DNA of 64,000 bases from a plasmid: sequence record NZ_CP142098.1. One strand, given 5' to 3'. Of this stretch, positions 18,881 through 27,016 are shown one piece after another. The stretch's first letter is position 1. Each line of letters opens with the position of its first letter. The position numbers and the translations under genes were made by a program. The notes beneath the pieces were generated by a model. That model was given only the letters and a program-made list of their open reading frames with translations. It was not told where the DNA came from and did not search any database.

Positions 18881-19110
18881 ATGTCAGGCAGACCACGGAT
18901 GCTGGAGCTTCCTCCGGTGGCAGGCCGCTCGCGACCCGCCATCAGCCCTACTCGACTAGCAGTCCGCACGCGGTCAGCAAGTCTCGCCGAACCCGCGTTG
19001 CGGTTTCGGGCCAGTAGGCTAAGGTCTGAAAGCCAAAATCAAGATCGACAACCTACGCTTGCAGCCGGCTATGCCGGCGCCGCTCCCACTGATCGCCCCT
19101 AGGGCGGCGA
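18881..19110 (+). repeat. GC-rich structured leading-region repeat, copy 6 (variant 5' module shared with 20520-20665; related sequence continues to about 19330)
   Basis: GCTTCCTCCGGTG...CTCGACTAGC...GTCTCGCCGAACCCGCGTTGCGGTTTCGGGCCAGT...CGCTTGCAGCCGGC is shared with copy 7; a downstream AAAACAAGG/CCTTGTTTT stem (about 19228-19275) precedes the 19351 ORF. Confidence 0.7.
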
Positions 19111-19350
19111 TCGCTAAGGGCGACCCGTCGTTCCGCCGTGCCGAGGGTGTTCATCCTCATCAATTCCCTGTGGCCATCTCTCTGAGAGTTTTTGCGGAGG
19201 GCTATTCGTAGCGCCATTCCGTTCAAAAAACAAGGTTCTGGCAAGCCACGCCGCAAGCGGCGCCCTTGTTTTTCTCCGGGCCTGTCGCAACTCGGCCCTA
19301 CGCCGCAAAGAACTCGCTGAGATATGGAATCACAAGAGGAATAGACCAGA

Positions 19351-19791
19351 ATGAACCCCGATAACGTCAACGTCAAAACCGCCGCTGCAGAATCTGCCGA
19401 GATATGTGAAAAGGCAGGAATGTGCGAACCAGAGGCCCCAGAGCCGTGGGAAAAGCCCGGCGTGCAATATCCTGCCGCCGTTCGAGCGTTGGAAATGGAG
19501 TTTTGCTATTTAGACGATCTGAATGACCTGTATGCGCAAAGCAGCACGTCACCCGACGAGCTGGAGCAGGCGCTCTATGTGATTTTCGGCCGGATGACTG
19601 AGCTTGTCCAAAGCTGTGGTGCTGATTATAAGCAGCCGGACAAACCGCGAGTTGCCTACGAAATGATCCAATATTGGGTCAGAGCGCAACGGGTCGCACA
19701 GCGTGACTACGGGGAGATCGGTCAGCGCGCCTGGGAGCATGCACGTTACAGACTGGCGCAAGAGATGGCAGTGGAGTATTCGTACAACTGA
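19351..19791 (+). CDS. hypothetical acidic protein (146 aa)
   Basis: ORF with SD AGGAATAG; no recognised motif. Confidence 0.45.
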   Translation: MNPDNVNVKTAAAESAEICEKAGMCEPEAPEPWEKPGVQYPAAVRALEMEFCYLDDLNDLYAQSSTSPDELEQALYVIFGRMTELVQSCGADYKQPDKPRVAYEMIQYWVRAQRVAQRDYGEIGQRAWEHARYRLAQEMAVEYSYN

Positions 19792-19812
19792 CAAGCTGGA
19801 CGATTTTTATCA

Positions 19813-19872
19813 AAAAGACCTGTTAACAGGTCTTTTTGGTGGTATAATAAGACCACTTAACAGGTCTTATTA
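19813..19872 (+). promoter_or_regulatory. promoter/operator of the TA operon: perfect palindrome AAAAGACCTGTTAACAGGTCTTTT, -10 TATAAT (19842-19847), second imperfect palindrome TAAGACCACTTAACAGGTCTTA
   Basis: Palindromes and the -10 element read directly; a typical Phd/YefM autoregulatory layout. Confidence 0.6.
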
Positions 19873-19885
19873 AGTCGAGGATACC

Positions 19886-20137
19886 ATGCCAAATATCATT
19901 CTGAGTGACACAAGTGCGAGCATCAGCGAGCTGAAGAAAAACCCAATGGAAACCGTTGGCGCCGGCGCCGGGTTTCCGGTGGCCATACTGAACCGCAATA
20001 AGCCAGAATTTTATTGCGTGCCGGCGGCGCTCTACGAGCAAATGCTCGATGCCCTCGATGATCAGGAGCTGGTGAAATTGGTCAATGAGCGTCGTAGCGA
20101 AGCGCTGGTTGATATCGATCTGGATCAGTTCGCATGA
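19886..20137 (+). CDS. Phd/YefM-family antitoxin
   Basis: 83 aa; N-terminal ...ISELKKNPMETV...VAILNRNKPEFYCVPAALYEQMLDALDD fits the Phd/YefM fold pattern; 4-nt ATGA overlap with the toxin gene. Confidence 0.7.
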   Translation: MPNIILSDTSASISELKKNPMETVGAGAGFPVAILNRNKPEFYCVPAALYEQMLDALDDQELVKLVNERRSEALVDIDLDQFA

Positions 20138-20421
20138 CGTATACGGTCAAATTTCGTGAGTCGGCGCTGAAAGAGTGGGGCAAGCTGGACAAATCGCTGC
20201 AGCAGCAGTTCGCCAAAAAGCTGAAAAAATGCTGCGAGAACCCGCATATTCCGTCAGCAAAACTGCGGGGGATGCCGGGATGTTACAAAATCAAGCTGCG
20301 CGCCTCGGGGTTTCGTCTGGTTTACGAAGTGATCGACGATTGCCTGATTATCGCGGTGGTTGCCGTCGGCAAACGTGAGCGCGGCGATGTGTACCAGCTG
20401 GCCAGTGAACGTCTTAAATAA
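20134..20421 (+). CDS. relE: RelE/ParE-superfamily toxin
   Basis: 95 aa; MTYTVKFRESALKEWGKLDKSLQQQFAKKLKKCCENPH...LRGMPGCYKIKLRASGFRLVYEVIDDCLIIAVVAVGKRER matches the RelE/StbE pattern. Confidence 0.75.
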   Translation: MTYTVKFRESALKEWGKLDKSLQQQFAKKLKKCCENPHIPSAKLRGMPGCYKIKLRASGFRLVYEVIDDCLIIAVVAVGKRERGDVYQLASERLK

Positions 20422-20519
20422 AAAACCATGCAGGCAATTGGCCTGCATTAATCTCACTGCGGATAATAACGAGAATTTACTGTCGTACAGGCAGATGCAT
20501 TAAAATTAAGCTATGAGCT

Positions 20520-21025
20520 TCCTCCGGTGTCTGGCCGCACGCGTCCAGCCATCAGCCCAACTCGACTAGCCGCCCGCCTGCGGTCGTCAAGTCTCGCCGA
20601 ACCCGCGTTGCGGTTTCGGGCCAGTCGGCTATGGTCTGAAAGCCAACTGCAACATCAAAGACTAGCGCTTGCAGCCGGCGATGCCGGCGCCGCTTTGACT
20701 GCCCGCCCGCTAATGCGGCCGTTCGCTAAGGCAGCCAGGCTAAAGGCCTGGCACTTTCTGGTGTATCCCCTCATGCCCGGCATCCGCGCAGAGAGACTGT
20801 CCCCGTGACAGACGCTGAGCCGGGGCGCCGCCGGCACAAGGGTACGCGTTGCCGGCGTCCTCACCCGTTCGCACTCCCTTCCTCCCTGCGGTCGTTTGGT
20901 CGCTTGCGCTGCGGCCTGCGGCGCCGCCCTTGTACCGTCAGCTGATACCCCGTCTCGGTCTTGTTGTCACGGCGCCAGGCTCCCCGCGCCGGCGAAAGCC
21001 AAAAGGGGAATACACCAGAAAGAAG
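20520..21025 (+). repeat. GC-rich structured leading-region repeat, copy 7 (composite: copy-6-type 5' module plus long form)
   Basis: 20520-20665 matches 18881-19050; 20666-21025 matches copies 2 and 5; ends about 35 nt before the 21059 ORF. Confidence 0.8.
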
Positions 21026-21058
21026 CCGTTGCGGCTTCTGAGTTACTGACTAACGGGA

Positions 21059-21523
21059 GTGGTTATGTCAACGATCGAGCAACAGCAGCAACAACAAATG
21101 GTTTTTTATATTCCGGGAACAACGTGGCCACTGGATGTCGCAATCTGGCTGGAAGATCGCTTTGTCACGTCGTCAGGCAAAACGCTTGAACAGCTACAGC
21201 AGCGTAATCCTGCATGTGTTCTGGTGTCGTATGAAGAAGCGAAGCGCGGGATGTATGAGGCCGCAAGTCTGCCTGTCCGTCGTATCAGCAAAGATGAGTA
21301 CATGGACAAGTTGGAGATGTTGCCGCCGCTCGATTGGAAGTATTTTGATGGCCAAGAATCTTTCAAGATGATGGAAATGTATTGCGGGAATATTACCGAT
21401 ATTTTCGCCCAGCTTGGCAATAGCTATTTTGCGATGCGCGATCATGTTTCGTTACCACATGCTGAGATCATGCAGCGTGTGCGTACATTTATAGATGCCG
21501 AGTCTGCGGCCGTAGCAGCCTGA
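21059..21523 (+). CDS. hypothetical protein (154 aa)
   Basis: ORF immediately after repeat copy 7; no recognised motif. Confidence 0.45.
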   Translation: MVMSTIEQQQQQQMVFYIPGTTWPLDVAIWLEDRFVTSSGKTLEQLQQRNPACVLVSYEEAKRGMYEAASLPVRRISKDEYMDKLEMLPPLDWKYFDGQESFKMMEMYCGNITDIFAQLGNSYFAMRDHVSLPHAEIMQRVRTFIDAESAAVAA

Positions 21524-21580
21524 ATAGTTTCCCTCGGTGTTAGCAACACCGGGGGATCCTCGATAAGAAGGAAATCGACA

Positions 21581-21730
21581 ATGATTATTGATGACTATAT
21601 CGCGGCAATCGGTCGTAAAATTTGGGAACAATGGCAAGAAAATAAACCGGTAATTATTCCAGCTCTTAAAGGTTTTGAGTGGGCACAGTTGCTCCGCTAC
21701 TTAGAACTAAAACGGGGCTATGCGTGTTGA
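21581..21730 (+). CDS. possible small protein (49 aa, below the ORF-track cutoff)
   Basis: ATG at 21581 preceded by AGAAGGAAA; ends TGA at 21728-21730; followed by a strong terminator. Confidence 0.3.
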   Translation: MIIDDYIAAIGRKIWEQWQENKPVIIPALKGFEWAQLLRYLELKRGYAC

Positions 21731-21746
21731 CTCATGATATGAACTG

Positions 21747-21775
21747 AGCCACCCAATTGGGTGGCTTTTTATTTC
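21747..21775 (+). terminator. rho-independent terminator (AGCCACCCAATTGGGTGGCT + TTTTTATTT)
   Basis: Perfect 8-bp stem with a 4-nt loop followed by a T-run. Confidence 0.8.
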
Positions 21776-22185
21776 GGCTGTCGCCTGTCTGCGGCGTCGA
21801 GCCGCTGACAGGCGAACAAAGCGCTTGCAGCGGGCTGAGCCCGCGCCGCTTTTGCAGTTTCCATCAAGATGAAAACTGTAAGGCTATCAGGCTCCGCCTG
21901 ATGTTACGTTTTGGTGTTTCCATTTCCTCTGCGGTGCTTAGCGGCATGTCTTTTGCTGTGACAGACCTTGTGCCGGGGCACCTACATCGCAAGGGTTCGC
22001 TACCGCCGTCCATCCTCGCCCGTTCGCACTCACTCAACGCAGTTTCGTTCGCTTGCGCATGCGGCCTGCGGTGTCGCCCATGCGTTGCAGGTTTATACCC
22101 CGTCACGGTCATTGCGTCACAGCACAAGACGCGCCGCTCCGGCAAAACCGGAATAAATGGCAACACCGAAAACAGACTGAAGGGG
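21776..22185 (+). repeat. GC-rich structured leading-region repeat, copy 8, ending at the SD/start of the DUF932-like gene
   Basis: Core CCTCGCCCGTTCGCACTCACTC...CGCTTGCGCATGCGGCCTGCGG flanked by a CGCAAGGG/CCCATGCG stem. Confidence 0.75.
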
Positions 22186-23013
22186 ATGAATATGAAGCGA
22201 CTGTATAGCGGATTTCGCCAGGCAAATGTGATCCGCCAAACTCGACCATTGACAAATGATGAGTTATTCCGTCACGTACCAAGTGTTTTCTCTGAAGAAA
22301 AACATGCATCACGTAGTGAGCGTTATACCTACATACCAACGATTAATTTGTTGGATAGACTCCGCGAAGAAGGTTTCCATCCATTTTATGCTTGCCAAAC
22401 AAAAGTTCGCGATGATGATAAACGTGGTCACACGCGGCACATGCTAAGGCTTCGTAGAAATGGTTTCGGTCAAAATGATGAGGTTCCTGAGATTATTTTA
22501 CTTAATAGTCACGATGGGAGTAGCAGCTATCAAATGATTCCGGGCATATTTAGATTTGTTTGTAACAACGGTTTAGTGTGCGGCGACACGTTCGGGGAAG
22601 TCCGTGTTCCACACAAAGGGGATGTTGTTGGAAGAGTGATTGATGGTGCTTATGAAGTGCTAAGTTTTTTTGAAAAAGTAACGGATTCTCGTGATGAAAT
22701 GAAGGCGGTTATTCTTGATAAGAACGAGCAACATGTGTTTGCTGATGCCGCATTAGGGTACAAATATTTTGGAGAGCATCAACCAATAACAGCAGAACAG
22801 GTGCTGAGTCCACGACGCTGGCAGGATAAGAAAGATGATTTGTGGACAACGTTTCAAAGGGTGCAAGAAAACATAATAAAAGGTGAAATACCTGGAATCA
22901 GCGCCAACGGAAAGCGAAACAGAACTCGTGCAGTCAATAGCATAACTGGCGATGTAAAGCTCAATAATGCGTTGTGGAAAATGGCAGAAACCATGAAAAA
23001 CCTGAAGTCGTAA
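22186..23013 (+). CDS. DUF932-family protein (YfjQ-like), about 274 aa
   Basis: ILLNSHDGSSSYQMIPGIFRFVCNNGLV matches the conserved LLNSHDGSS block of DUF932 proteins from island/plasmid leading regions; start is the ATG at 22186 or 22192 after AAGGGGA. Confidence 0.65.
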   Translation: MNMKRLYSGFRQANVIRQTRPLTNDELFRHVPSVFSEEKHASRSERYTYIPTINLLDRLREEGFHPFYACQTKVRDDDKRGHTRHMLRLRRNGFGQNDEVPEIILLNSHDGSSSYQMIPGIFRFVCNNGLVCGDTFGEVRVPHKGDVVGRVIDGAYEVLSFFEKVTDSRDEMKAVILDKNEQHVFADAALGYKYFGEHQPITAEQVLSPRRWQDKKDDLWTTFQRVQENIIKGEIPGISANGKRNRTRAVNSITGDVKLNNALWKMAETMKNLKS

Positions 23014-23035
23014 TGATAGGGTTCTGGCGGTTTAA

Positions 23036-23362
23036 ATGCCGCCAGAAATTAAAAATATGAAAAGACAAATTGAATTTAAACGATGCCTTGTTTGCAGTAC
23101 AGAACACTTGACTTATGAAGATAACTTGCTTTTAAGTAAAGCAACAAGTGAAAACTGGGTTTTTGGTTATGACTACGGGTTTGTTATTGATTTATGGAAA
23201 AGACATCATTTTGTTTTGCATGCAAAACGATTCGGATTATCTAAAGATTTCAGAAAATTGATTTTTACTCTTATAAAAAAGTATGAAATAGAAATGATAC
23301 AGTTCGATTGTGATGCTGATATTATAGAAGGAGTTAAGTTGCATAAATCTGACTACTGGTGA
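23036..23362 (+). CDS. hypothetical low-GC protein (108 aa)
   Basis: AT-rich ORF; no recognised motif. Confidence 0.4.
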   Translation: MPPEIKNMKRQIEFKRCLVCSTEHLTYEDNLLLSKATSENWVFGYDYGFVIDLWKRHHFVLHAKRFGLSKDFRKLIFTLIKKYEIEMIQFDCDADIIEGVKLHKSDYW

Positions 23363-23433
23363 CCCGTTTTATCCGGTATCGGCATTGAACCGATACCGGA
23401 TAATCTGTCGTCATTGTGCATTAAAAAAGAAAT

Positions 23434-23748
23434 TCATACCTGTGATGATTCTGTTTTGTTTTTATCTTTGATATGACTATTTCTCTTCTTTCCTGATTTG
23501 ATTGTGCTTGTGTTTTTTATAATTTCATTTATGGCTCTCTCACTGACAACGATTTCACAGCTTTCAAGTGCAGATTTGATATCTTTTGCTGTGTAACCTT
23601 TTTGCGTTGCTAGCGATATGATCTGTCCCTTAAGTTCATCCAAAACTTCCTTGGAACTTAATCTCTCTTTGCTCAAGTCCGGCAACTCTGTTAGAGCTAC
23701 TTTTGCCAACTCAACTTGTTCTTGACTGTATTGGTTCTTAGCCGCCAT
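23434..23748 (-). CDS. hypothetical low-GC protein (104 aa)
   Basis: AT-rich ORF, the only minus-strand gene in the leading block; no recognised motif. Confidence 0.4.
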   Translation of the reverse strand: MAAKNQYSQEQVELAKVALTELPDLSKERLSSKEVLDELKGQIISLATQKGYTAKDIKSALESCEIVVSERAINEIIKNTSTIKSGKKRNSHIKDKNKTESSQV

Positions 23749-23894
23749 TTCTCTTTCCTGTGTTAGTCATCAATCAACATTGTGTATCAATGATATACGT
23801 CAGCGTCATCATGACACAACAGGCAAATTTGTTCTCCCATGGTGTAATGACAATCCAGGCAAAGTAGGCCATAATACGCTAGTCCGGTCTCAAA

Positions 23895-23950
23895 CACGGG
23901 ACAGGATATGTTTTGTAGCACCGCCTGCACGCAGTCGGCTCTACAAAACG
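23895..23950 (-). other. candidate origin of transfer: 9-bp inverted repeat GTTTTGTAG (23910-23918) / CTACAAAAC (23941-23949), and on the minus strand 5'-...CTACAAAAC-ATATCCTG|TCCCG-3'
   Basis: The YATCCTG|Y nick-region core of MOBP-type oriTs lies immediately 3' of an inverted repeat, 70-120 nt upstream of the mobC/nikA-like gene; the predicted nick is between + coordinates 23901 and 23902. Confidence 0.55.
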
Positions 23951-24021
23951 TCCTGGTCAGGGCAGAGCCCCGACACCCCACGAGACTGTAAACTGACGAG
24001 ACTGATAGGGATAACATCACC

Positions 24022-24363
24022 ATGAGTAAAAGCGAGCGCCGGAACAGAACAGCCCTGCTGCCCAGCATTCGTTGCTTCCCAGAGGAAAAGTCAGTGATCC
24101 AGGAAAAGGCGACCGCGGCCGGTTTAAGTATCGGGGCGTACATGCTTAAGTGTGGCCTCGGTCGCCGAATCGATGCTCGTTGTGACGTTGAGCTCATCAA
24201 TGAACTACGCCGTTTAGGTGGCCTTCAAAAACACCTCTTCAACGAGGGGAAGGGAAATGTAAGTGATGCTTTCAGCAAGCAGTATTCGGATGTGCTTGTT
24301 GCGATAAAAAAAGCCATCATCGCAATCGATATGGGCATGACCAATGAAGGTGATAAGGCATGA
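24022..24363 (+). CDS. relaxosome accessory protein (MobC/NikA-like, RHH)
   Basis: 113 aa; ...ALLPSIRCFPEEKSVIQEKATAAGLSIGAYML fits the MobC-family RxxxxxRxTPEE...A...G.S.s.Y.R pattern; 4-nt overlap with the relaxase. Confidence 0.7.
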   Translation: MSKSERRNRTALLPSIRCFPEEKSVIQEKATAAGLSIGAYMLKCGLGRRIDARCDVELINELRRLGGLQKHLFNEGKGNVSDAFSKQYSDVLVAIKKAIIAIDMGMTNEGDKA

Positions 24364-26288
24364 TTCCTATCGTTCCTGAGAAGCGAAGAGATGGCCGCTC
24401 CAGCTTCATTCAGTTGGTCAGTTATCTGACTCTGCGCGATGAGGATAAGCCTGATTTGCCTATCTCTCCTGAGAATCCCTATGTTCGTCCATCGCGTTCA
24501 AAGGCTGCAATCTTTGACCGCCTGGTAGGGTATCTTGATCGTAATGCTGGGGGGGGTCAGCAGACCCTTTTGGCTATGTTTGCAGACGGTACGCAGCAGG
24601 TTAAATCAGGCGAAGTGGTGTGTGAAACGAACTGCTTCAGTCTGGAAACTGCATCGGCGGAGATGAACGCCGTGGCTATGCAGAACACTCGCTGCGTCGA
24701 CCCGGTTTATCACTGTATTCTTTCGTGGCGTGAAGAGGACACTCCGACCGATCAGCAAATTTTCGAGAGTGCGCGTTATTGCATTAATCAGCTGGGAATG
24801 GCTGATCATCAGTACGTGTTTGCTGTCCATCGAGACACCGATAACGTCCATTGCCATATCGCGGTTAATCGTATCCATCCCGAGTCCTATCGTGCGGCTA
24901 ACATGTATAAAGATGTCGACACACTTCACAAAGCCTGTCGTCATCTTGAGTTGAAGCATGGGTTTACACCTGATAATGGTGCATGGAAAGTAAATGAACA
25001 TCAGCAGGTTGTTCGTAGCCAAAATGAATTCAAATGTATCCCACGTAAGGCTCGGCAGCTGGAGTATTATGCCGACTCAGAAAGCCTCTTTAGTTATGCT
25101 GTAGGTGAATGCCGTCAAGCGATTGGCGACATCATGGCAGATCCTGAACGCCTATCCTGGCAGAACCTCCATAATGAATTGAATCGTGCAGGCCTTGTAT
25201 TGAAACAAAAGGGGGAAGGGTTAGCCATCTACTCGATTCAGGATTCGAGCTTGCCTCCTATTAAGGCAAGCGGCTTGCATCCTGATCTTACACGTTCCTG
25301 CATGGAACCGTATTTGGGGGAGTTCACTTCCGCGCTTGATGTTGACGCTGTGGCATCTCCTAAGCATCCAGAATACGTATATGACCCGCGTTTCCACGCA
25401 CGCGATCTGATGGCTCGGGTTGAACGTCGCCAGGCTAGGGCTGAAGCAAGAGCAGATCTTAAAGCCCGTTATCAGGCGTACAAATCGGCATGGGTTCGTC
25501 CAAAATTGGATGCTGATGAAATCAAAGCCAGGTATAAAAACATGTCCAAACGTTTTGCCTGGCGTAAGGCTAAAGCACGCGTTGAATTACGCGATCCCCT
25601 TTTGAGAAAACTGACTTATCACATTATTGAAGTTGAGCGGATGAAGGCTATGGCCGCATTGCGATTGGCCATCAAGGAAGAACGACAGGCGTTCAAAGCT
25701 GCTCCGGAAAACCGACGTCTGTCATATAGAGGTTGGGTTGAACAACAGGCGTTGATGCACGATCAGGCCGCAATTGCTCAGTTGCGTGGATGGTCCTATA
25801 GATTGAAACGCTCATCCCTGACTCCTAGCGTTTCTTTGAACGGGATCCGTTTCGCGGTATCGGATGACAGCAAACCATTAGCCATAGACGGTTACCAGAC
25901 CCGAATCATGCGAGACGGTGTTGTTCAGTATGTTCAGAATGGGGTTGTTCAATTGCAGGATCGTGGTGAGCGCATTGAGGTTGCCGATTCACAGGTTATG
26001 GATGGGCAGCACATTATTACCGGGCTGGTGATAGCGCAGAGTAAATCGGGTGAGGAGATGGTACTGGAGGGCGATCGTCAATATGTCCAACAATCTTGCG
26101 AACTTGTCTCTTGGTTTAATGAAGAGTCAGGAACCTCCCTGCCATTAACAGAAACCAGTCAAAGAACGCTTGCAGGGTATGGATCATTGCCAACCGAAAA
26201 TTCTCACGGAGCAACTGATTCTAGTGTTAACGAGCAGCGTGAACTGGATGGTTATATCCAGCGGCCAAATGGTCCTCGTCCACACTAA
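24360..26288 (+). CDS. conjugative relaxase, MOBP-type (642 aa)
   Basis: Relaxase motif III VHRDTDNVHCHIAVNRIHPE (HxDxxxxHxHxxxN) in the N-terminal domain; gene order accessory-relaxase next to the oriT candidate. Confidence 0.85.
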   Translation: MIPIVPEKRRDGRSSFIQLVSYLTLRDEDKPDLPISPENPYVRPSRSKAAIFDRLVGYLDRNAGGGQQTLLAMFADGTQQVKSGEVVCETNCFSLETASAEMNAVAMQNTRCVDPVYHCILSWREEDTPTDQQIFESARYCINQLGMADHQYVFAVHRDTDNVHCHIAVNRIHPESYRAANMYKDVDTLHKACRHLELKHGFTPDNGAWKVNEHQQVVRSQNEFKCIPRKARQLEYYADSESLFSYAVGECRQAIGDIMADPERLSWQNLHNELNRAGLVLKQKGEGLAIYSIQDSSLPPIKASGLHPDLTRSCMEPYLGEFTSALDVDAVASPKHPEYVYDPRFHARDLMARVERRQARAEARADLKARYQAYKSAWVRPKLDADEIKARYKNMSKRFAWRKAKARVELRDPLLRKLTYHIIEVERMKAMAALRLAIKEERQAFKAAPENRRLSYRGWVEQQALMHDQAAIAQLRGWSYRLKRSSLTPSVSLNGIRFAVSDDSKPLAIDGYQTRIMRDGVVQYVQNGVVQLQDRGERIEVADSQVMDGQHIITGLVIAQSKSGEEMVLEGDRQYVQQSCELVSWFNEESGTSLPLTETSQRTLAGYGSLPTENSHGATDSSVNEQRELDGYIQRPNGPRPH

Positions 26289-26295
26289 TTTTTTG

Positions 26296-26339
26296 AAAAA
26301 AAAACCGACTGCAGGCCTGATAACCTGAGTCGGCTTTTC
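26296..26339. terminator. bidirectional rho-independent terminator (A-run, CCGACTGCAGG...CCTGAGTCGG hairpin, T-run) between convergent genes
   Basis: Hairpin with flanking A9 and T4 runs, read directly. Confidence 0.65.
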
Positions 26340-26340
26340 A

Positions 26341-26658
26341 TTAATGGAGGCGTGAGTATAACGTCTTCAGCATGGGTTGATAGGCTTGCCAACCCTCGTC
26401 ATCGTTCCCTTCCAGCTCTGTGAACATATCAATAAGACGGTGAAAAACATTGTCATGCTTTTCTTCAGTAAGTACATCGGGAGCTGGAAAATGGTTGAGT
26501 AGCCTGGCAGCTTCGTCATGCAACGTTTCGATGTGAGTTTGTGATTTTTGATCTTCCGTATTCTTTAATTTTTTCTCTGCCAGGACTATCAACAGGGTGG
26601 CGCATAGTCGAACCATCTCAATGTACCCGCGTTGATAGTCCATGGTGTCTTCACTCAT
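26341..26658 (-). CDS. hypothetical protein (105 aa)
   Basis: ORF overlapping the next gene by 4 nt; no recognised motif. Confidence 0.4.
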   Translation of the reverse strand: MSEDTMDYQRGYIEMVRLCATLLIVLAEKKLKNTEDQKSQTHIETLHDEAARLLNHFPAPDVLTEEKHDNVFHRLIDMFTELEGNDDEGWQAYQPMLKTLYSRLH

Positions 26659-26948
26659 TTTTGTGCCTCAATATCCTGGGGGTTACGGTTGGCTTTCACG
26701 CCAAAGCCGTTCGAATTCTTTCTGGTATATTGCAACCAGATTAGGTTGATTGTGAATGACCAAGACGTACTCAGCATTTTTACGGCGGCAGCTGAATAGT
26801 TATAGCTTCCCAGCTGCACAGTATTATCAACGTTCAACATCAGCTTATTGTGCATGATGACGTATTGGCCATTGCTACGTACAAAGATACCTTTGTTGGT
26901 AAGGCAAGTGGCAACGATATATTTTGCGTTAGCCTTGGCTTCTACCAC
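26655..26948 (-). CDS. phospholipase-D/HKD-family nuclease-like protein, probably N-terminally truncated (Nuc-like, 97 aa)
   Basis: HNKLMLNVDNTVQLGSYNYS carries the HxK...D...GSxN motif; the ORF is about 60 aa shorter than Nuc-type nucleases and lacks a signal peptide; the upstream region is occupied by the coupling-protein gene. Confidence 0.45.
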   Translation of the reverse strand: MVEAKANAKYIVATCLTNKGIFVRSNGQYVIMHNKLMLNVDNTVQLGSYNYSAAAVKMLSTSWSFTINLIWLQYTRKNSNGFGVKANRNPQDIEAQK

Positions 26949-27016
26949 AATGCGGAATTTTACTCCTCGGCGTTTTGCTGCAACAAGGCGCAGCTATTGC
27001 GGCAGCCGTTTGGCAT

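Noticed and set aside
23787-24200. 137-aa minus-strand ORF spanning the oriT candidate and the mobC/nikA-like start.
   Set aside because: It overlaps a well-supported + strand gene and the oriT hairpin; no homology or signals.
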